A stretch of 20,000 nt of DNA from an uncultured virus (IMG/VR IMGVR_UViG_3300044701_001189) (Duplodnaviria > Heunggongvirae > Uroviricota > Caudoviricetes): the IMG/VR virus record IMGVR_UViG_3300044701_001189. One strand, 5' to 3'. The notes beneath the pieces were generated by a model that saw only the letters and a program-made list of their open reading frames with translations, ran no database searches and was not told the DNA's origin. The translations under genes and the position numbers were made by a program. Positions within the stretch are counted from its first letter, which is position 1. Every line of letters starts with the position of its first letter. Below, one piece after another: positions 1-10,800 of this stretch.

Positions 1-98
1 CTAACTTACAGGCAGCATCAAAAATTAACGAACAAGTTGAAAGAAACTTTAAAGGAAATAACGGCGCAGTAAAAGATAAAGGCACACTAGTAAAATAA
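1..98 (+). CDS. 3' end of an upstream gene (partial, ...NLQAASKINEQVERNFKGNNGAVKDKGTLVK*), probably another virion/cargo protein
   Basis: Frame starting at nt 3 is open to TAA at 96-98, 19 nt before the next ATG, with codon style like the large ORFs. Product is inferred from context only. Confidence 0.65.
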   Translation, partial: NLQAASKINEQVERNFKGNNGAVKDKGTLVK

Positions 99-117
99 AC
101 ATTTTAAAAATACCACA
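99..117 (+). promoter_or_regulatory. A-rich translation initiation region without a Shine-Dalgarno sequence (Bacteroidota style)
   Basis: ACATTTTAAAAATACCACA directly precedes ATG 118, with no GGAG/AGGA and an A at -3. Confidence 0.5.
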
Positions 118-1800
118 ATGGCTGATATGACTAATAGCTTGGGTGGTCCTACTTCTCTGACAAACGCGTATGGCGTTAGTGCTCCTAGTGGAGCAGAAGC
201 TGGACTTGAAAGATCGCTCAGAATGCTTGAGCAGTTTAAAGGTGACAATCCTCAATGGTTTTCTACCAGTGGAGGTTTTACCAATGATCCAGTTAAAAAT
301 ATTGAATCGCTTGCAAACAAGCCTTTTGATTTAAGTCAGACTTATAGGGCACCAGGCTACCAGGAACCAATCACCTTTGGTAAAGATGTTGTCAACTTTG
401 ATAGATACTATAGTCATCCATCTTTTAACAAGCTAGGTTTCAATCCTCTTAGAGATAATGAAACCTTTTATAATGAAAACTCTCACTGGACTGAGGACTA
501 TGCAAGAATGGGTTCCCAATTTGGGAAACTTTTTGGTGCTGGTTTTGTAGGCACCTATGAAACAATAGGTGATATTTTTCAGGGTGAGAACTTTTCATAC
601 TCTGATGATATCTCTAAGACCTATGAAAAAGCTTCTAACATTGGAAGCAGTACTCGTGGTGGTTTAGTTGGTTTTGGTAATAACCTCCTGCTAAACTCTG
701 CGTATACGTTTGGTATTATTACCGACTACTTTACTACAGAATTAGCTCTTGCTGGTCTTACATATCTAAGTGGTGGTACAGCAGCTCCAGTTACAGGTGC
801 AGCAGCGGTTGGTAAAACAGCACAATTTACAAAAGCTCTTGGTGGTGTTTGGGATATATACAAAGCAAGTAACAGCGTAAAAAAAGTTACTAATGCTATT
901 GACGCCGCACAAGATGTAACTAAACTGAAAAGATTCTGGCAGAGCACTGTTTCTGGTCTTAATCCACTAGAGAATACAATGCAGTTTGCAAAAGAGCTTG
1001 CTGCTACTGAAGGTCAGATATACAAGATGACTAATCTTGCTAAGACTACCAGAGGTTTTGGTGCATTCTATAAAGACGTTAAAGCTGCCTCAATGACTTG
1101 GTCTGAGTCAAAGCTTGAAGCAGGTATGGTAGAGCAAGAAGTTAAAGACGAGCTTACCAATAAGTTTATTCAGACAAATGGAAGAGCTCCTGTGGGCCAG
1201 GAGATGCAAGATATTGAAGAGAAATCGTATGCTGCTGCAAATACTACAGCATTAACTAACGCTCCTCTAATCTATGCAACAAACGAAATTACTTTTGGTA
1301 CTCTGTTTAAAGGTTATACCCCTTTAGGAGACGTAGCTGAGATTGCTGGAGATGGTGTTCTTGGTAGGTTTACTAGGAAAGCTGCAGAGAAGGGCAAGAT
1401 TCTTTATGAGAAGAAGCCTGGAGCATTTAAAGCTGCTGTAAATTTTGCAAAGAAACCTTCATTAAAAGGCGCCACTGGGTACTTAACTACATATGCTGCA
1501 GGCAACTTCTCTGAAGGTATTCAAGAGATTGGTCAAGAAATTATATCAGCTGCAGCTAAGGACTATTATACGCATGACGTAAATGATCCGGGTTTTGCTT
1601 CAGCTGCAAGTTGGTCTGCAAGTCTCGGAAGAGCAACTAAAGAGCAGTACAGTGCACAAGGTTTAGAAACATTCCTTTCTGGTTTCTTAATGGGTGGTGT
1701 TGTTACTCCAGTAACTAAAGGAGTTTACAATGTTCCTAATCTTATTTCAAGGGTATACGATCCTAAAGCTTATCAAGAAAAGAAAGCTGAAGAGGCAAAA
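118..1800 (+). other. Domain: Gly/Ala-rich hydrophobic/amphipathic N-terminal region resembling podovirus ejection (trans-envelope channel) proteins
   Basis: Segments FGKLFGAGFVG, ELALAGLTYLSGGTAAPVTGAAAVG (~nt 739-813), SEGIQEIGQEII (nt 1510-1545) and FLSGFLMGGVVTPV (nt 1672-1713), followed by long charged helical sequence. Boundaries are approximate. Confidence 0.55.
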
Positions 1801-4800
1801 AGAGATCAAAAGATTCTAGATTCTCTTAATGAGGTAGGTAATGACGTAGATTCATTCTACAAAAGTCTTGCTCAAGCATTTGGTAGAGCAAGAAAGATTG
1901 GAAATACTGCGATGGAAGCTGGCTTAAATAACGAGCAGCTTGCACAACAGCACGCAAAAGACGCTGCTCTTTTTGAAAAGGCGCACATGCTGATGAGAAC
2001 TGGTGCTATGAATGAGCACATTAAGTATCTGTCAGATCTTAAGAAGCTTTCTTTCCAAGAAATTAAAGAGGCTATTCCTCAACTTTCTTCTAGAACAGAA
2101 GAGGAAACAGTTGCTAAGCTTGACAAGGTTATCAATAGAATGCAGGAGCTTGCAAAAGACTTTATAACTATTGAGAAAGAAGTTAAGAATCAATACAAAC
2201 CTTCTCTTTATCAGAAAGGAACTCCAGAGTATGAGGCGGAGGTTCACTCTTATCATGCAGTTGAAGAAGCAAAGCGTCAGATGCTTTTCTACAAGCACGC
2301 TATTAAGAGACACTTTGAAAGAAATGAATCTATCATTAATGAAGTAAAGGCTAATCCTGCTGTAGCTAAGGCTGCTTACAGTGACTTTGCTGTAATGTTT
2401 GATGAGGATTCGCTTCTTAATGAAATTGAAGTTCTTAAAAAAGAAACTCTTCTTACTACAGAAGACGCTGAACAGCAAGCAATAATTAATAATAAAAAAG
2501 AACGTCTTGCCATTCTTCAAGAAATGAAGGAGGGCATTGATAAGTCTAAGACTACTAGAAAAGACGGATCTGTATATACAGATAGAAGAAAGCTTAATTA
2601 TATACAGCCTGCATACGAGAAGTTCTTAGAGCACCTTGCAAAAACTACAGGGTCTACTATAGATCCTCAAAATGCAAGAAAGACTTTGTCTTTGATCTTT
2701 GATAGCAAGACACTTGTTTCAAGTGCTGCAGATCTTCAAGGTATTTATAATATTCTTGCGGATCCTGCAGGGTTTAGAGATGCTCAAGTTAGAATTTCTG
2801 AAGTTGCAAAATCGCTTTTTGAAGAAAGAAAGACTCAGTCTCAAGCAATTGTTGATAGAGTTAATCTAAACGAAAAGCAAAAAAGCTTTATCGAGAATCT
2901 TGCAAAAGCTGGAATTGTTATAGCTCCTGAAGAGATTGAAGCTTTTCTAGAAAAGAACATTCGTCCTTCTAAGTTCTACTCTATAAGATCTACTGATTTA
3001 ATTACACCAGAAGATCCAGAGTATATGATTGCTATGGTTGCGCTTGCTGCGTATTACAATCAAGCAAAAGAACAGCAGAAGGGTAATGAAGGAGATACTG
3101 TTGCAGCAGAAACAGCTGCATCAAATGCACAAAAAGCTGAAACGGTTAGTGAGAATTTAAGTGAAGCTGTAGATAATCTTGACACCTATTTTCAGAATGC
3201 CATCTACGCGTTGTACGATAGTGCAACACGAGGTCAAGAGTCTGCAATGAGTTTTCAAGAGTGGGAGCTTACACCGGCTGGAGAGAATGCAATTAGAGCA
3301 TTTACTGAAATTCAGGAGATGTACAATGCCGCTAATACTGCAGATTCTGTAGCTCAGTGGGTTGAAGACAATAAAGGCAGCTCTAGACTTAGAGATACTC
3401 TTATTAAGTACAATCTAAATATTGGTGCAGTTAGTGGATTGCTTACAGATCCTAATGTATTTGTAAATGAGACTCGTCCTGCTGGTTATGATTTAGAGAC
3501 AACTAAAGGAGATAATGGTTTGTTTATTCTTAGTACTACAGTAGGAACAGATGAGCAGGCAACAAAGGTTTACTATGTTGTAGATAACAGATCAAACTTT
3601 ATTGGAGATAAGTCTTTTAAAACTCTTGATGAAGCTCAAGCTGGTAAGAGAGAACTTGCAGAAAAGTATGCGGCAGAAAGCCAGAAGTTTCTATTTAATG
3701 GTGTAGCTTTCTACGCTGGTCAAGTTGTAAACAATGGTAGAGGCGTAACCTATAAGGTTCTTACAACTAGAAAGGAAGCACAGAAAGCTATTAAAGATTC
3801 TGAGACCAATCCTGCGATAAAACCTATCCTTAGATTACAAGTTGTTGAAGACTTAAATAATGCCCAGCGTGTAGGTACTGTAGAAGAAAAGACTTTTGTA
3901 AGTGGCAATCAAAGATTGATTCCTGGTCAGTACAAAGATTTTGAAAGTAATGAGCAATACAAGATTCTTGACCTTTGGAAGTATACCAAGATTTATGCAG
4001 CTCGTACAGAAGCTGATCTTGCTGAAGCTGCAAAGACTCTCGATAAAGCTACTGATGATCCTGAAGTTAGATCTCTTGCCGATAAGCTTGCTGAAAAAAG
4101 AGTAAAAGAACTTCTTGAAAATACTCCTGCTGAGGAGCTCCTTTCAAGAATGGGAGTGAAGATTACCAAGAACAATAACTGGTCAGAAGGATATCTAACA
4201 GTAGATGGTAAGTTCAATCCTCACGTTAAAGAACGCAAAGAAAAGCTTGCAATTGGAATTACTCTTGACGGTGAGGTTATAGGTTACTCTAGAAGTATTC
4301 AGAACGTTCAGTTCTTAGATGCTGATGGAAATACAATCCCATACTATGAAGCTTTTAAAAATAGCTTAATTCTTAGAAGAGTATTTAAGTATCAAGGTGA
4401 GGGTGCAGCTCCAATTGCAGAGCTGAGAAGTAAAGCTAATGCTGCGTTTTATCAGGCATTTAGAATTTATGAGCTTGCAAATGAAGCACTAGCTGGTCAA
4501 AATGAAGTAGTTCTTTCTCCAGAAGAAACAGCAAAAGTCTTTGGATCTTTTGTTATTGGTGATGGAGCTTATGCTTTTGCTGAGCCAAATGAAGTTGTTA
4601 CTATGGACCAACTTCAGTACTCACAGATTGAGGGTGGTTACTACATTATAGATAGAGCAAGCACCGCAAAAGGTGGAGATGCAAGAGGTACTAAGAAAAC
4701 AGGTTTTGTAGAACTTACTACCCTTCGTGGAAAAGCTAGAGAAGCAGCAAAAGCAAAAATTGATGCAGCACTTGAAGCTTCACCAAACCAGTTAGATAAT

Positions 4801-7800
4801 AGAGGTAGATACATTCTTGCTGTAGAGATGCCTAACGGTAAGGTACGTTTTGTATCACTTAAGGCACCTGTAGTAGATGAAGCTACTCAAACAGGATTAC
4901 TTGAAGGTCTTGCAACTCTTGCACAAGATGCTGTAGCTAACGTTGATAATGCTACGTATACTAACACAGAGGCAAACAAAGACATCATTGATAGCAAGAT
5001 GTACATTGCTCTTGGTGCTGGTCAGCACGCCAAACTCAGAGTAAACGCATCCGGTCAACTTACTCTACAACTTGCAGATAACCTTGCAATGAAAGGAGCT
5101 TTTGAAATTAATAGCTCTAGAGATATTGTTGCAGAACCCTTTGAAAATATGCAAGATTTTGTAGATCATCTTAATGATCTCGTCTCTAACAATAGAGATG
5201 TTATTAAGAACTACAAGATTAAAAACATTCAGTTTAAGACATCTTCTTTTAGAACTAGCATTTCTCAAGGTGCTCAGGCTAAGCAGCTTGTTGATCTTAA
5301 CATGGAGACTGATGTTAAGCCTGAAGTTGTAGGTAATATTTCATTTAGAGTCAAGCCTCTTAGTAAAGAAAAGCCTGCAGTTGAAGAGTCTGAAAAGCAA
5401 GAGAAAGCTGAACAGTCTGGTTTTGGAGATATCAGAGCTATTCTTGAAGAGAAAAGAAAGAAAGCAGAAGCTGAACAAGCTGCAAAAACAGATACTGGCG
5501 CTATTGATGCTTTGTCTGCCTTAGGTCAACAGTCAGCAAACATGGCTCCTCCCCAAGAACCAGCAACTCCAACTGAAGGACTTGTTCAAAGAAGAGCTGA
5601 GCTTAACAGATCATTACAGGATATTAGAAACACAGTAAGAAAAGAACTTCTTGCATCTGGTGTTCCTGCTGCCGAGGTAGTTGCTCAAAGAGACTCTGAC
5701 TCTAGAGTAACCAGTATACTTACTGAACTTGCAGAAATTGAAGCTAAGCTTAACGCTGGCTCTGCTAAAAAGGTAATTCGTAAACCTGTTAAACAGTACG
5801 CTGAAGAAGACGCTACTAAAATTGATGAGTTCATTGATTGGGTAACTAAGAATCTTCCAAGAAACATTAGCGTACAACAAGTACAAACTCTTCAAGATAA
5901 TCTTCATAATGGTAACATCACTGTTGGTGAGTTTATTATGAGTATTACTGCTCTTGGTACAAATATCCCAGGGATTAAAGGAAAGATTAGAGTTGGTGCA
6001 TCTACTCCATTTAAGTACCATGAGGCTTTTCACGCTGTATTTAGAATGCTTCTTACTGAGGAAGAAATCAGTAAGTATCTAAGTATTGCAAAGAAAGAAG
6101 TTAACGAAAAGCTTAGATCTGCATCTGGTTATAAGATGGCAGGTTTAAACCGTTCTTATAAAACCTTAAAGGGTGCATTAAATGCTCTTCGCAAGATGGA
6201 TCCCATGTATGAGGAGATGTCTGAGCAAGAGCTTGAGAATACACTATATGAAGAATACTTAGCTGACCAATTTGAAGCTTGGAAGAAAGACATTAAAGTA
6301 GAGACTTCCCCTACAAATAAAAGTCTATTTGCTAGAATTGTAGATATTATTGTTAATCTATTTACAAAAGGATTTAAGAAGAATAGCTACAACAACTTGT
6401 TTCAGGAAATTGAAAACGGCAAGTATTCTAACGCTGATATTCAGTCTAATAGATTTACAGATCTGATTGAGAATGGCGCTCCTGTAATTGTTGCACTTAA
6501 AACTCTTGTTACTGGACAAGACTACATTACTATTAATGGTAAACTAAGAAGAGTCAACAAGTACTTTGCCGGTGATGCTTCTATGAAACTTATCACAGGT
6601 ATTGCAGTAGCAAAATTTAGAATGGACACTGAGGCTTCTGAGTTTAGAAACCTTTCCGATGAACAGAAGTACGATAAGATTTTTGCTGACTTTGAAAGTC
6701 ACTATGACTATCAGGACGAGGCATATGTAGTTCGTGATGACTATGAATACATTGAGTCAATCCTTAGAGATTACAACACTGTACTTGTAGAAAACAGAAA
6801 AGAGCTTGTAGAAGCTGCAGAAGAATACCTTGCTTCATTAAATTATAATGCAGAAGAGCAAGAGGATTCTATGGAACTTGTAGAAGATGATCTTGGACCT
6901 AAAGGTGCTGAGGATAGTTCTACAGAAAACAGAAAAGAAAAACATACTATTGGTGGTATGAAGTCTCTTTCTGCTTGGGTAAGACTCTACATTCAAAGTA
7001 CAACTGTACCACAGGGAGCTTTTGGTAGACCAATTGCAGCAGATAGCTACGCTATTAACGTCATCAATGGTGCTCAGATATACAACGGTTTGTTGCATGT
7101 ACTTGAAGGAACAACTAAAATGGAAGAACAGCTTTCTAAGCTTTCTTCAATGCTACCCTTGGCATACAGTTCAAGACCAACAGCTACATCCTTATTTGTT
7201 AAAAAGCTTTTCACAGACTTCAATATTCAGTTTGATGAAGACGGTACTCTTTTAAAAGACAGCATTAATAATCCTGCAAAGCTTATGGGTATCCTAAAAG
7301 CTTTCCAGAAGTTTAGAGTTGACTACAAATTCTTCTCTTTTGATCCTCAGGGTGGTGTAATTAGAGTAATTAATGCAAACCAGAGAGATGATTCAAAGAC
7401 TCAGTTTGAGTACTGGAGATCTGCATTTTATTCAACTGTAGCTTACAGAGGAATAGAAGCTACTTACACAGATACTAAAGCAGCCCTTGAAGATATTTCA
7501 ACTGTTGTTTCAGAAGGAGTTGAGACAGATCTTGATGTATTCATTGAGCTGTCTGATAAGTTGTATAACGCATCTGGCATCTATATGGAGCCAATGTATT
7601 TACGTTATTCAACTCTAAGTAACTCTGAAAACAGAACACCAGAAGATGAGCTTTTTGTAAGATCGATTACTGCAGAACCATTGTCTTTGGAAGGTGTAAA
7701 TGCTATTGTAAACAACCTTTCAAAGAAAGAAGATCCTTTTACTAGAGATGGTGAAACAGAAGAAGCTAATGATTTCTCTGGATCTGCGGGACGTATTCAA

Positions 7801-10800
7801 AAGATTGCTGCTGGTAACACAACCTTTAATGACTCTATTGGTGCTACAAGTTTTGTAAATGCTGATAACGAGATTGTTTACGGTCATCAGATTCCAACTT
7901 ATGAGCTTAAAAGAGCTCGTGAAGTAAGAGAGTTTGCTAAACCGGAGGTAATCGGTAAAGAAGATGAGTTTGTACAAAACAACATGCTTCTTGAGATGCC
8001 TGAATTCCTTGCACTTCTTTCTGACTTTGGAGTTTCAAGAGTTGACGGTCTTAAGATTCAAGATTTAGGACTTGAAGAAGGAGAGGCTTACAGAAAAAAT
8101 ACTGCAAGAAACAAATCAATTGAGGGTACAACCTACACAAGGTTTAATGATTCTCAGTTTATGCACACGCTTCTTGCAATGTACTTGTCAGGAAGCGGTA
8201 ACATCATGAATAAGAAGAAAACTTATCGTGATAAATCCGGCCTACTAAAAACGGTGGGAACAGCTTTTGTAAACCTAGGTGTTATTGAATCAACCAGTAC
8301 TATGGATATAGCAGAAATGCCTGTTATACCAATGGTAACACTAAAAGGTAACAAGGTAGTTTTATCTGAGCAGGGTGTTGCTGCAATTACAAGACTTATT
8401 AAGAGTGAGTATGATAATATTACAGCCGTACAGAATCAGATTAACGGAACAGAACCTTATAGAGTAATTGATGGATATCATACTGGAGATCAAAGAGGTC
8501 TTAAGTTTGTTGATATGTTGGGCATTCTTCAGAATGAAGAACTAAGAACAGCATTAGAGACTGCAGCTAAAGAGGGTACTCCTTTTGAGCAAGCAGTATC
8601 TGAAAACTCTATTGACGCATCTATCAACGAGTTTTTTGCCAACGTTATTGATGAGAGCTTTACTATTATGCGAGAAGCAGGCATGCTTAAAGCAGATGCT
8701 GTTGTAGGTAAAGCCGGTATTCCATACGATATCATTAACGGTGTTACTATACAGAAGAAGTCAGATACTTCTGATGGTATAATTGATGAAGAGCGTTCCG
8801 CTTTACTAAATCTTTTGGCTCGTACAGAAAAGAATAAAACTCTACCAAGCAGCTTGATTCTTGAGCACAACTTGTCACAAGTTATTATGAACTCTTTTGT
8901 AATGGCTCAAAGTGCAAACAACTTGATGTATGGCCATACAGGAAAGCTTATTAATCCAAAGTCTCTTTCTGTAGCAGAGATTTCTAAAGAGTTTGTTAAG
9001 AGAGCAAAAGGTCGTCAAGCTGGCGGACCTACTGCAGACAGTTCTTTAATAGATACCCAGAAGGGTGTAATGCATCCTACAGAATCTGTAGACCTTCTTA
9101 CTCTTGAAGACGAAGAATACTTAAGCTTGTTTACAGGTACTCTGCAAAATCCTAAGTTTGGAGAGAAGACCGATGCTCAGATGTTCTTGACTACAAAGAC
9201 ATTTAGACATTTTATGTTTTCTTTTGGTAAGTTTGATGCTGATCTTGTTGACATGATAGATGCAGTAGAGCGTGGAGAAGAAATTTCTGCAGATCGATTC
9301 TTTGGTAATGATAATGTTAAAGGTCATGTTCAGTTTAAGAACTCTATGATTTCTTTGAAGCTTGCATACTTTAACACTTCTGGTGATGCACAAGCATATA
9401 TAAAGACTTCTGCCTTTGTTCTTTCTCCAAGACTGACGTCAATCAACAATGAAAAAGCGTATCCCGGTAGAGAGGCTATTCATAATCTTAGACTTAAGCT
9501 TGAAAACCAACAGGGAGCTACAGGACTTGCTGCTGCTGCGTTTAATTCTGCATCTAAAGGTGCTACAACTTTAAATGGTTTTACAACTCTTTCTGCTGCA
9601 AGCTTTGTTCTTCAACAAGAGAATCCAAGTAATAAGACTAAGGTAACAAACATGACTCAGGTTGCTCAGACAGTTGAGTCTGACGTACCTGATGCGATTC
9701 CTGTATACCACAGAGGTAATAAACTTTCTGCAGGTGCTCTTAAGAAAAGACACAGCAAACTTGCTGCGGCTAGACTTAAAGAAAAATATGACGAGATAGT
9801 TGCTGAAGTATTTCCAAAAGGTCAAAAAACTGCAGATATTGGCAAGCTTGCTGACAGAATTAAAGATATCTTGATTGGCATTGGAGCAAGTCCAAAAGAA
9901 ATTGAGATGTTTAGCAGAGATGAGAATGGAAATCTAAAAGCAAATCTAAACAACGTTACCATTGAAGATCGTTTTGTACAGATGTATATAACCTTTATGG
10001 TAAACAATGTGTTTAGAGAAAAGATTCCTGGTCACTCTTTAACGCTTGTTTCTAACTACGGCTTTAAAGTTGTTAAGAGAGCTACTGGTAAACTGGACGA
10101 GCTTGGTAATCCAATTGGTGAAGTTGTTAGAGATGCTGAGATTCGTAGAAACCCAGATAAGTATTCTGGATTAAAAGATCTAACAAATATTCTTGAGACA
10201 GGTCAAAGTGTTTCTGAAGGAGAGTTTTATGTAGACGAGCTTCGCCATAACGTACCTGTCTATAATGAGCAAGGTGAAATCATCGATAGATATACTGAGG
10301 TAATGATTCCTCCCCAAACTCTTGAAGCAGCTAAGTATCTCAAGAATGGTCGTATACCAGAAGCTGTAGCAAGATTGTTTGGTGTTCGTATCCCTTCTCA
10401 GGATAAGCACTCTTCTGTTTCTATTCGTGTGGTAGACTTCTTACCAGTAGAGTATGGTTCAGTTATGGTTTCTCCTCATGAACTTATTGAAATATCAGGT
10501 GCTGACTTTGATATTGATAAGGTTTATGCAGCTTCTGCAAACTACTTCTATAACCAAAACACTAGAGAGTTTGAAGCATACGGTGATGTAACTACTTCAA
10601 AGGATAGATTCCGTCACTTTGTGCACTACTTGTTTAGATACAATGCTGAATTTAAGAAGCAGTATAACGAGTATCTAGACCAACCTCTTGATAGTGTTGA
10701 GCAGTTTGTTGCTGAGGTTCTAACTCAAGAAAATGTAAAGCAACGTTATATTGCGGACGTTCTTAAGAACATGGGTCTACCTTCTAATGAAGGAGAATAT

